From: an uncultured Gammaproteobacteria bacterium
GTDB lineage: Bacteria > Pseudomonadota > Gammaproteobacteria > SZUA-229
Assembly: GCA_963803185.1 (NCBI GenBank)
Contig: CAWDMF010000023.1
Coordinates: forward strand, 14,034-78,033
Direction: 5' to 3'
Length of the DNA stretch: 64,000 nucleotides
A program made the position numbers and the translations under genes. This document shows positions 1-9,078 of the stretch, in pieces; within the stretch, counting starts at the first letter, position 1; each line of letters opens with the position of its first letter. The notes beneath the pieces were generated by a model that worked only from the letters and a program-made list of their open reading frames with translations, was not told the DNA's origin and did not search any database.

Positions 1-1305
1 CTGGTCAATATTAATGGCTCGGGATTTCTAACGGCCAGTGACGCGGATAATGGAACCTTGAGCTATAGCATTGTTAGTCAGCCCAGCAACGGTTTCGTGG
101 GCGTCGATCCTGCAACCGGAGAGTATCTATACAGACCGAATCCGTATGTTAGCGGTGCAGACAGTTTCACTTTTAAGGCGAATGACGGTATTGCTGATTC
201 CAACATTGCAACGATTAGCGTCAACATCGCACTGAGCAATGATGCGCCGGTGGCTAATGATTCTAGCCTTAATACCAACGAAGATGTGGCCGCAAATGGT
301 GTACTCAGTGCCAGTGATGTGGATTCTGATCCCTTAACTTACAGCCTGGTAAATAATGCCAGCCAGGGGATGGTCACCATTACGGATCAAACTAGCGGCA
401 GCTATATTTATACGCCCAATGTCAACGCCGCCGGCGCAGACAGTTTTAGCTTTAAAGTCAATGATGGCATGGTTGATTCAAACCCTGCGACCGTGAGTAT
501 CACGATAAACGTTGCGCCGGTGGCCGTCGATTCAACGCAGAGTGTCACGGAAGATATTGCTGCAAATGGCGTACTTAATGCCAGTGATGGTAATGGCGAT
601 ACTTTAAGTTACAGCATTGTCAGTAATGGCTTAAAAGGGTCGGCAGTAATCACTGACATAGTCACAGGTGCCTATACTTATACCCCGAACCCGAATGTCA
701 CCGGTGTCGACAGTTTTAGCTTTAAAGTCAATGACGGCCTGCTGGATTCTAATATTGCCACCGTGACGGTGAATATAACGGCGGTTAATGATGCACCGGT
801 TGCCGCTAACAATACCGTTATTACCAACGAAGATACGACGTATACGTTTACTGCAGCTGACTTTAATTACAGTGATATTGACCTGGACGTTATGGCGAGT
901 ATCCAGATCACTACTTTAGAGACTGTTGGTGCCTTACAGTTATCCGGCGTAGACGTTAGCTTAAACCAGGTTATCAGCAAAGCTGATATCGATACGGGTA
1001 ATCTGAAATTCATCTCGGTAGCGAGTACTAGTGGAACGGGTTATGACAGCTTTGGCTTTAGTGTCAATGATGGAAGTATCGATTCACTTGGCAGTTATAC
1101 TCTAACCGTAGATGTTACCGCTCAGAATGATGTACCGACCGTAGCCAACAACACCGTCACTACAAATGCAGTAACGGGTGATTCGACTGCTTCCGGTGGT
1201 AGCTTGAACTGGTTCTTCGTTGTGTTGTTATCTTTATTGTCCGGCCTGCGATTTATCCCTGTGACCTGTGGACAGTATAGTAGAACAGGTGCGGTATCTA
1301 TTTAA
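1..1305 (+). CDS. C-terminal part of a very large repeat adhesin (tandem ~95-aa cadherin/VCBS-like repeats) ending in a GlyGly-CTERM-like sorting tail; the 5' end lies outside the window
   Basis: Frame 1 is open from nt 1 (LVNINGSGFLTASDADNGTLSYSIV...), so the listed TTG at 58 is not the true start. Repeats follow the pattern NEDVAANGVL.ASD.D.D.LTYS.V...G...ITD..TG.Y.YTPN.N..G.DSFSFKVNDG..DSN.ATV.I. The tail is SGGSLNWFFVVLLSLLSGLR (GG, hydrophobic helix, basic residue). Confidence 0.75.
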   Translation: MVNINGSGFLTASDADNGTLSYSIVSQPSNGFVGVDPATGEYLYRPNPYVSGADSFTFKANDGIADSNIATISVNIALSNDAPVANDSSLNTNEDVAANGVLSASDVDSDPLTYSLVNNASQGMVTITDQTSGSYIYTPNVNAAGADSFSFKVNDGMVDSNPATVSITINVAPVAVDSTQSVTEDIAANGVLNASDGNGDTLSYSIVSNGLKGSAVITDIVTGAYTYTPNPNVTGVDSFSFKVNDGLLDSNIATVTVNITAVNDAPVAANNTVITNEDTTYTFTAADFNYSDIDLDVMASIQITTLETVGALQLSGVDVSLNQVISKADIDTGNLKFISVASTSGTGYDSFGFSVNDGSIDSLGSYTLTVDVTAQNDVPTVANNTVTTNAVTGDSTASGGSLNWFFVVLLSLLSGLRFIPVTCGQYSRTGAVSI

Positions 1306-1434
1306 AGACAGACCAGCGTTAAATTTTACCTGTAAAAATTTAAATGACGTCGACTCTTTCCTGTCTATAAAATAACATCCTATGCTCCCGCATCATTTTT
1401 CCCTCCATCGCGGTCTTATTCTCTACTGTCGTAG

Positions 1435-2250
1435 CTGTACGGATACAGAAGAGCAATCTCCGCCATAATTTTCATTTACATTCTCGCTAGTGCTACCGGC
1501 ATAGTCGGTAATCAGCCTGTTAATGCGCATCCGCAGTTAGTGCCATGGGCTGCAAATACACCAGCACAGGTGAACTCTAAATTTGCGGCAAGCTTTGCCG
1601 GTGTTGGTACGGGTTACTAGCGGTGCAGCAAATCTTGCGCCCGTTGCCACCGCAGGTCCGGATCAGTCAGTAACGGATGATAACGCCGACGGCGTTGCCA
1701 CTGTTACGCTTGATGGCAGCGCATCCACTGATGCTGATGGTTTAATAGTGAATTACATATGGCGCGAAGGTGCAGCCATACTGGGAACGGGAGCTATTAT
1801 CAATGTAGCGCTGGCTGTTACTGTACACAATATCCAGCTGCAGGTGAATGATAATAGCGGTTCTGGTGCGCAGGATGCCATAGTGCTAACGGTTAATCCT
1901 GGAAGTGCGCCACCGCCACCAGCTGCTGTACCACAGGGAGCGATTAGCATGACGGGTACTACCACGGTACAACGTGGTGATAATGAAAGCTTTACCGTGA
2001 TATTAACCAATACGGGTAGCACAGCAATAACGCAAACCCAGTTATCATTAACGGTGTCGCTAGATAATCTCATCAAGGGTATGCAGCCAGCTGGCATAAT
2101 TACGCTTGCTGATATTCCTGTGGGCGGCAGTGTAACTCATAGCTGGACTGGCAGTGCAGATAAAGAAGGCAGCGGTGCATTGCCATAGAAGGCTTGAGTG
2201 ATGGTGTCAGTATTGACACCATGTTGACCAGCATAAAAGTGACTAAGTAA
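1435..2250 (+). pseudogene. Frame-disrupted gene for a secreted PKD-like plus CARDB-like domain protein (longest intact piece 1583..2188)
   Basis: The PKD-type signature APVATAGPDQSV...TLDGSASTDADG.I.NY.W is followed by an Ig-like segment (QRGDNESFTVILTNTGSTAIT...). A TM-like N-terminus (RRAISAIIFIYILASATGIV) and a C-terminus (IEGLSDGVSIDTMLTSIKVTK*) sit in other frames. There is no convincing in-frame ATG. One shift maps to GGG at 1611..1613. Confidence 0.4.
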
Positions 2251-2422
2251 CGCTTGCTGGAATAAGTCTGGCAGGATTAACGCGACTACGCATTAACCCT
2301 GCCAGGCTGCATTGCATTATTCGCGGATTATTTTTATCTAAATAGTGGCTTTAGGCAATAGGCATTGCAGCAGGCTGAGGGAAGAAAATCGCCTGAAATT
2401 TGATGCCAGGCTGATGTTACGA

Positions 2423-2761
2423 TTATTTTTTCTGCCATGAGCCGCCTATCATAATATAACTACCAGGTTTAGATTTATCTATGGCCTTTTTACCCGCAAG
2501 CAGCTCTACGGTTTGCAATGATGTTTTATTACGTGCTGCAATCTCCTGATATTTCTGTTTGCGTTTTAAATTAACGCTTTCTATCAGTGCTTTTGTTTCT
2601 GCTGATGGAGACTTGACCGCACCGAGATAACCTTCCGGTGTTTCACCAACCAGTCCTTGAGACTTTGCTGTTTGCAGGTCAACCGAATAAGCGGGCTGTG
2701 CCATAAGCAGCAAACATGTTGCAAATATTAGCATTGCTTTATTTATTTTGGCTAGTTTCAT
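2423..2761 (-). CDS. ydbL: YdbL family (DUF1318) periplasmic protein
   Basis: A signal peptide is followed by a YdbL-like sequence (QGLVGE...GYLG...KPGSYIMIGGSWQKK). It lies directly downstream of ynbE, as in the E. coli ydbH-ynbE-ydbL operon. Confidence 0.85.
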   Translation of the reverse strand: MKLAKINKAMLIFATCLLLMAQPAYSVDLQTAKSQGLVGETPEGYLGAVKSPSAETKALIESVNLKRKQKYQEIAARNKTSLQTVELLAGKKAIDKSKPGSYIMIGGSWQKK

Positions 2762-2776
2762 TACTGGCAGTCTCCG

Positions 2777-2962
2777 TTAGAAAAGTCCACTGTCATCGCT
2801 GAACACATCGTCGAGTTCTTTATCGACTTTGACACGTATCTCATGTTCAATTTTGACATTAAGGTTTATGGTGATGGGTTTGTCTGGTGCCTCTACCTTG
2901 ACGGTAGGAGTGCAACTGATCAGAAAAGCGCCCATCGCTAAAATTAAAAGTTGTCTTCGCAT
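2777..2962 (-). CDS. ynbE: YnbE family lipoprotein
   Basis: 61 aa with lipobox LISC. The core PITINLNVKIEHEI is almost identical to E. coli YnbE as I recall it. Confidence 0.9.
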   Translation of the reverse strand: MRRQLLILAMGAFLISCTPTVKVEAPDKPITINLNVKIEHEIRVKVDKELDDVFSDDSGLF

Positions 2963-3218
2963 AATAGTTTAGTCAGCTCGAATATTGCATTTAGTATAAC
3001 AATTTGTATTGCATTTAGAATAATTTTTAATCTTTGTAGCTATTCAGCGTGTTTAAAAATAGTGGACACAGGTAAATGATTTATTAAGACGCATGAAAAC
3101 ATCTGACTATCCATAGATGGAATGCAATAGAATTGTAGCAACAATCCTTGCCATATAAGCGCTACTGCCATATCCTACTGTAGAAGCCTGATAAATCAAC
3201 AAGCTGCATCCTGGGTAA

Positions 3219-5417
3219 TTACTGTTTTTGTTTATATAAATGACGTACCTTTTTATCGATCTTTTCACTTACACCCTGTGCGTAACGTAAACTTTTGAGT
3301 AGTGAAAGCAGGTTTTGTTCAGTATTTATATTTAAATGCACGGGACGACTGGTATCAAGCTCAGGACTGCTACCTTTTAACTGAAGATTGATCGTTAGTC
3401 TGCCGTCAGGGGTGAAGTTTACACCAGCTGATAAATAGCTATAACGAAAATCCCTGAGCGCATCCAGTGCGATTCCAGTAATAGGGTTCTGCTTTAATTG
3501 CTCAGTCCCGGTAGCCGGGTTATAACGAATCGTACCGTTACGTACATCGTTAATAAAAATACCGTCCTGAATAAAGACACCACTTTCATTTATCTCTACA
3601 GGGATGATGCCATCAATTCTGCCGGTTGCTACGATATCATCAAGTTGCTGGGTTTTGATTATCTCCGCCAGATCAACGTTTGTCGCCTTGATCTTAAAAT
3701 GATTAGCACTGTTATTAAGATCATAGACTAAATCATTAGCTGAGAAAGTACCGCCAAATATTTCACCATACAGGTTCTGTATTATGAGCTGTGGTAGTGA
3801 GTCGCTATTTTCTGTCTTAAGCTTAACATCAGTACTGATATTATTCGCAATAACACCGGTATCAATATGTTTAACTGTCAATTTACCTGCGCTGACTGAC
3901 TGTAATTTCGGCAGGATCTGCAGTTTATGATCAAACGCCAGGCCGGAGAATAACAGTTCACCAACATTGCCACCAGCGTTATCAATATTTATTGTTGTGC
4001 TCAAGCTAAAAGCATCCTTTTCAGACCATGCTGCCTGTGAAGACAGATTTATTTTCCCGCTCAACAGATCAAACGGGTAGGGCCATGGCACTACTATTAA
4101 ACTTAATTTATTGTTCTCGGCATTTAGCTCAAGTGGTTTTAAAGGTCTGATAAAAAACCTGCCGGCACCCCGCGCCAGGTTATGATCAAGAGCAAATTCA
4201 AATTCCCCCGGGACTACGGCGTTAGAGAAATTACCAGAAACATTTAGTTTATTTGCACTGGCGGAAATCTGAGCAGCAACATCTTTAAGCTGGAACTCCC
4301 TGGATTGAAAATGTGCAGTTAACAAGCTGGAACGGAAACCGCCCTTGTAGGCCCAGCTGTTAAATGCATCTGTCAGTTCACCAACCATGTATATTCGGCT
4401 ATCAGCAAGCGAGAAACCCTGGTAACTGATATTACCCGCTTTTATATAAGAGCCGTTTTCTATCTGAAGGCGCTGTAGAAGGTCAATCTTTGAATTTTTT
4501 ATCTTTAATTTAATGACTGCATTATCTGCAGTATATGTTTCATATATCAATTTATTCGATTCGGCTGTTAGTATTGTTTTGAACTGAGTATCTGATTCAA
4601 AATTAAACGCTATTACTCCGTTAACTTTCGCTGTTTTATTTAGGCCATCAAGCTCTGCGAAAGCGCTGTTAGTAAATTTTTTCAGCCAATTTTGTAACGC
4701 TAGTGGCTTAATAAAGAATTCACCCGTTAATGATGTATCATTAATATTCAGTTCAATCTTTGCAGGTATCACATCAGCTGTAGTTTGCCTTAATTCTGCT
4801 GCCAGCTGATCAGCAGAAAGTCTTACAGCCACAGACTGTGTGATTAAAGACTGATCTAACAGGGAAAGCTCGTTATCTAGAGACCCATTTTCAGCTGTCG
4901 TTTTCAACTGGAATATTTTCCCTTGAAGGGCAGTAAAAGCTTCACCATGCACAGTTATATGTCGTACAAATAAAGTGTTAACCAGCAGGTATTTGCGTAA
5001 AGCAGACCTCAAAGCGACGATTAATTTTAGTGGCTGTAATGTGTCATGTGAGATTGCTGGTTCAGCGGCTGAGTCAGCCTGTATTTGATTCGTATTCTGG
5101 TAATGCAGTTCAAGATTGTTTATTACGATGCTGTTTACACGACCATCTGCAAGTTGAGCGAGGTTATAGTTGATACTTGTGTCTAAGACATTTACTTGTA
5201 ACAATCCTGTTGCCGTCGACAGAGAAAATTCGAAGTGGGGTAGCTGGCTTTGATTTAGATCCAGTTGATCGATATTAACCGTCACATCCTCCAGGCCGGA
5301 TGACCGTAAAAATGATGTGATTACTAATTCAGCAACAGTGGTGCGCATCAACCAGATGCCCAGTATAAGAGCAAATATAAGAAATAATAGTAAATATCGA
5401 AGCTTATAGGCAGGCAT
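3219..5417 (-). CDS. ydbH: YdbH family AsmA-like intermembrane phospholipid-transport protein
   Basis: N-terminal TM anchor, long beta-rich body, and a YdbH-type C-terminus (YLSAGVNFTPDGRLTINLQLKG...). Synteny with ynbE-ydbL. Confidence 0.8.
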   Translation of the reverse strand: MPAYKLRYLLLFLIFALILGIWLMRTTVAELVITSFLRSSGLEDVTVNIDQLDLNQSQLPHFEFSLSTATGLLQVNVLDTSINYNLAQLADGRVNSIVINNLELHYQNTNQIQADSAAEPAISHDTLQPLKLIVALRSALRKYLLVNTLFVRHITVHGEAFTALQGKIFQLKTTAENGSLDNELSLLDQSLITQSVAVRLSADQLAAELRQTTADVIPAKIELNINDTSLTGEFFIKPLALQNWLKKFTNSAFAELDGLNKTAKVNGVIAFNFESDTQFKTILTAESNKLIYETYTADNAVIKLKIKNSKIDLLQRLQIENGSYIKAGNISYQGFSLADSRIYMVGELTDAFNSWAYKGGFRSSLLTAHFQSREFQLKDVAAQISASANKLNVSGNFSNAVVPGEFEFALDHNLARGAGRFFIRPLKPLELNAENNKLSLIVVPWPYPFDLLSGKINLSSQAAWSEKDAFSLSTTINIDNAGGNVGELLFSGLAFDHKLQILPKLQSVSAGKLTVKHIDTGVIANNISTDVKLKTENSDSLPQLIIQNLYGEIFGGTFSANDLVYDLNNSANHFKIKATNVDLAEIIKTQQLDDIVATGRIDGIIPVEINESGVFIQDGIFINDVRNGTIRYNPATGTEQLKQNPITGIALDALRDFRYSYLSAGVNFTPDGRLTINLQLKGSSPELDTSRPVHLNINTEQNLLSLLKSLRYAQGVSEKIDKKVRHLYKQKQ

Positions 5418-5586
5418 GGTTTTGTCACATTAGCACAATATTTGCAAACACAAACATGATAGCAGATTACTATAAAACTAACCTGAATGTTGTTTACTCG
5501 ACAATCGGGTAGCAGGCAATAATTGATTGTCTCAATATTTATCATCTTGATGTAGGCAAAGGTTTCAGCAAAGAAAAAGAGGTACA

Positions 5587-6234
5587 ATGTGCGTTATGAA
5601 TACAGATGAGCTACGCGAAAAGTTAATGAAACAGGGATTAAACCAGAGTGAGCTGGATGCCAACCCTTTTAAGCAATTTGAAATTTGGTATCAACAGAGC
5701 ATTGAAACCGATATTTATGAACCAGGTGCAATGACATTGGCAACGGTTGATAAAAGTGGTCAACCCTGGCAACGTATAGTGTTATTGAAAATATTTGACG
5801 AAAAAGGCTTCGTCTTTTTTACTAATTATGAAAGTCGTAAAGCACAACAGATTGCAGTTAACCCAAAGGTTAGCCTGTTGTTTCCCTGGCATGCTCTCGG
5901 CCGCCAGGCAAAAATAACCGGTATAACAACAAAGGTATCAACAGCGGAATCGTTAAAATATTTTACTACGCGGCCACGTGGCAGTCAGATAGGTGCCTGG
6001 GCATCGAATCAGAGCCAGATGATTAATTCGCGTTCGATACTGGAATCGATGGTCGACAACATGAAGAAGAAATATGCAAATAAAGAAGTGCCTTTGCCAC
6101 CATTCTGGGGTGGTTACCGGGTAAAACCGCTAACTATTGAGTTTTGGCAGGCACGAGATAGCCGGTTGCATGACCGATTTATTTACCAGAAAAATGATGC
6201 CGCTGAGTGGTTTAGTCAACGGCTTGCGCCTTAG
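5587..6234 (+). CDS. pdxH: Pyridoxamine 5'-phosphate oxidase
   Basis: Full-length PdxH-like sequence ending ...IEFWQARDSRLHDRFIY...RLAP. An alternative ATG lies at 5596. Confidence 0.9.
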   Translation: MCVMNTDELREKLMKQGLNQSELDANPFKQFEIWYQQSIETDIYEPGAMTLATVDKSGQPWQRIVLLKIFDEKGFVFFTNYESRKAQQIAVNPKVSLLFPWHALGRQAKITGITTKVSTAESLKYFTTRPRGSQIGAWASNQSQMINSRSILESMVDNMKKKYANKEVPLPPFWGGYRVKPLTIEFWQARDSRLHDRFIYQKNDAAEWFSQRLAP

Positions 6235-6563
6235 CCGTCACCTACCTATTCACACGGCTCCGGCCCCCGATCTAAAGATGACATGTTTCTGCTAAAACTG
6301 ATTGACTGACCGGGTATTAATGGCCTGCTGTATGCTATCGATAAAAACTATTTTTTCCGCAAATAAATGCAAGCAAACGCGATTTGTTTGCGGAAGAATA
6401 TAAATGTTTAAGCGGCCCACAATAAGTCGACAATGATAATTCAACCAAAAATCTCGACGGCCAGATTATATTAAAATCTGTATTTATAACCGCCGATGGC
6501 GCTTAAGGCTAGCTACTTAATCTCTGTGGATTTGTCTCATTTTTATAAATTCCTTTTTTGTTT

Positions 6564-7355
6564 TTAAATGCCAAATCGCCTGGTAACTGCAATTAATATG
6601 GGTACTATTAACAACCACCAGCTCATGGAACCGCCGTGACCAGCAAATACAATTTCTGTTTCAACCGGGTAGACAACAACCGTATCGTAATCATCATGGT
6701 AACTGTCTTCTAATGGCAAAGCACTTAATGACATGTCATCGTATGGACCATAACTTAGCAGCCATTCATCGTAATCGGCATCATACACCTCGATTCTCAC
6801 ATCGTAATACCCTGGAGGAAAACCATCGCTTAACTCTGTTTCAATAATAAAGCTATCGAGTTCGCTATCACCATGAATATGGTAGTTGTCACTACTCGCA
6901 TAATAGTTCCATGGCCCACCTTCATAACTCAAATATAGTTTTGCATAAATGTAAGCTGTGTCAAAAACCGTATCAACATCGATGTCTATGTTAAATCGAT
7001 GATAAAATCCATCATTATCAAAATCACTGATCAGTTCAGTTAATGCATCATATAAAATAAAATCAGTACTATATGTCTCACTGATAGTAACGATTTGCAC
7101 AGCCTTTGCAGTTGATTCCATGCGAAAACCTTGCGTTTCCAGTGGCATCATGATGTTTACATCGACCTGTTTAAGCTGTGCATCTTTCGTTGTCTTATCA
7201 AGCTGCGTAATTTTACTAAAACTGATTGATTTAGATATGCGTGTATCATTAGCCTCTGACGCCAATAGAGGTTGCGATATTAAAAACAATATCACCCAAA
7301 AAGCTGTCCACAATATGATTTTGGTGATGACTTCTGTTGTTGGCTTGAATGACAT
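6564..7355 (-). CDS. Secreted acidic Asp/Tyr-rich protein with a GlyGly-CTERM-like sorting tail
   Basis: I prefer the ATG at 7355, preceded by GGAGA (MSFKPTTEV...LLASEA signal). The C-terminus is GHGGSMSWWLLIVPILIAVTRRFGI. The body is rich in D/Y/E (YDADYDEW, DSYHDDYD). Confidence 0.6.
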   Translation of the reverse strand: MSFKPTTEVITKIILWTAFWVILFLISQPLLASEANDTRISKSISFSKITQLDKTTKDAQLKQVDVNIMMPLETQGFRMESTAKAVQIVTISETYSTDFILYDALTELISDFDNDGFYHRFNIDIDVDTVFDTAYIYAKLYLSYEGGPWNYYASSDNYHIHGDSELDSFIIETELSDGFPPGYYDVRIEVYDADYDEWLLSYGPYDDMSLSALPLEDSYHDDYDTVVVYPVETEIVFAGHGGSMSWWLLIVPILIAVTRRFGI

Positions 7356-7515
7356 GATTGTCTCCTGTTTATGTAAAGTACAGGATAATTTCAACATTAA
7401 ACAGCTGAACAACTGCTGAACGAAATAGAGTAAATCGGCAATATTTTAATATGTTACAGCTCAGATAAAATTTCAGGCTGAAATCGGTCATTAACGCTAG
7501 TACAAAAATAGCGTC

Positions 7516-7725
7516 AAAAACCTTCACCGCAGAGACGCAGAGGCGCAGAGGCGCAGAGGAAAATATTATATAGCAGGCAAAGATAAACAATAGTCTTGCC
7601 AGTAGTATTGACGTATGACTGCCAGTAACCTAACTTATGAAGATTAGCCTGTTGCGTAGCAAATATTATTGCTTGTGATCTTCTCAGCGCCTCGGCGTCT
7701 CTGCGGTGAAATGTTTTAAACTTTT
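7516..7725. repeat. Intergenic palindromic element, copy A (arms built of CGCAGAGG words)
   Basis: The left arm ttcaccgcagagacgcagaggcgcagaggcgcagagg (7523..7559) pairs with the right arm ...cagcgcctcggcgtctctgcggtgaa (7681..7710). The right flank is atgttttaaactttt. ORF 7369..7590 runs through it and is spurious. Confidence 0.8.
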
Positions 7726-7754
7726 CCGCCGTCCACTATGTGTCGTTTGTTTAC

Positions 7755-9065
7755 TTACAGTATGACAGTGATTTCAGCACCGCCCAGCTGACTTTTAGTT
7801 ATTTTTAAGCTGCCGTGATATGCCTCAACAATGTTTTGCACAATTGAAAGGCCAATGCCGTGTCCTGCCGTGGTCTGATCAGCACGCTTACCACGTTGCA
7901 GTAATTCTTCAACTTTATGCTGATCAATACCAGGACCATCATCGCTTACTGTTATTCGTAGATGGTTATTAGTCTGCTCGGCTTTGATTTCGATATGTTG
8001 ATTTGCCCACTTGAAGGCATTGTCCAGAAGATTACCAAGCAGCTCCATTAAGTCACCTTCATCGCCTTTGAATATCACTGTTTCATTAACCTCGACATTA
8101 ATCCTTATATGTTTGTCGTGGTAAACCTTGTGCAGGGAATCAAGCATTCGATTAGTGATCGACTTAACATTAATGGACTTGCCGATGCTGGCTGAGCCTG
8201 CGGTTGCTGCTCGCTGCAGTTGATATTCGACTATCGAATTCATCCTGTTAATCTGTTCTAATTGGGTATTGTCCTGCTTATTACTGTTTAAGCTACTTTG
8301 CAAAACCGCAAGTGGCGTTTTTAAACTGTGCGCAAGATCACCCAGTGCATTACGGTATCGTGTTTTTTGATCACGTTCATGCTGTAATAGAACATTGATG
8401 TTGTTGCTGAGTCGTTCAATTTCCTGCGGATAGTGTTGTTCTATCTGTTGCTGCTCGCCGGTTTCGATACGATTAAGTTCTACGCCGACTTTGCGAAGTG
8501 GAGACAGTCCCCAGCGTAAAATTAATGCCTGACTGAAAAGTAATAATACCGCCATGGCGACCAGCCAGCTCCATAAGGTTTTGCGGTACAAACTTATTTG
8601 TTTGTTAAACGACTTCAGGTCAGTGGCGATATTAAACGTCAGCGCGATACTGCGGTTATTATCAGCCCAGTCCACACCATAGGCAAAGGTGTAATAATTG
8701 TCATTGTCTACATTTTTTTTAGCAAATTGTTTGTCACCACCTGTTAATGACACGGGTTGCGGTGGTTTTGCACCTAATGCAGAAGATGATTGCCACAATA
8801 TGTGACCAGTATTGTTAGTAACATAGGCATATATGCCCGAACTGGGCAGGCCCAGGAGTGCATCGAGTTCATTCGACGGCATGATTAATGTTTTGTTTTC
8901 TACTTCGGCGACCGCCATTAATGCATACAACTGGCTGGTTAAGGTATCGCGCAAAGCGCTTTCGCTGCTATCAACAAAGGCACGTTCGAGTGTTACCGCT
9001 GTTAAGCTTATAAATACCACCAGTACCAGTGTGGCACTGAGAATAATACGACGATTAAGTGACAT
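7755..9065 (-). CDS. Two-component sensor histidine kinase with periplasmic sensing domain
   Basis: H-box LGDLAHSLKTPLA; N/G boxes LLGNLLDNAFKW, DDGPGI and GHGIGLSIV; two TM segments. The ATG at 9065 (MSLNRRIIL) is preferred because the listed start at 9182 overlaps the regulator gene. Confidence 0.8.
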   Translation of the reverse strand: MSLNRRIILSATLVLVVFISLTAVTLERAFVDSSESALRDTLTSQLYALMAVAEVENKTLIMPSNELDALLGLPSSGIYAYVTNNTGHILWQSSSALGAKPPQPVSLTGGDKQFAKKNVDNDNYYTFAYGVDWADNNRSIALTFNIATDLKSFNKQISLYRKTLWSWLVAMAVLLLFSQALILRWGLSPLRKVGVELNRIETGEQQQIEQHYPQEIERLSNNINVLLQHERDQKTRYRNALGDLAHSLKTPLAVLQSSLNSNKQDNTQLEQINRMNSIVEYQLQRAATAGSASIGKSINVKSITNRMLDSLHKVYHDKHIRINVEVNETVIFKGDEGDLMELLGNLLDNAFKWANQHIEIKAEQTNNHLRITVSDDGPGIDQHKVEELLQRGKRADQTTAGHGIGLSIVQNIVEAYHGSLKITKSQLGGAEITVIL

Positions 9066-9078
9066 TAAAAACTGGTAT

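Noticed and set aside
7536-7559. Three tandem CGCAGAGG units, and similar short tandem words in other intergenic regions, briefly looked like a microsatellite or degenerate CRISPR-like array.
   Set aside because: The units are only 8 nt long, have no spacers, and form one arm of a palindromic element whose complement lies at 7681..7710. No cas genes are present.
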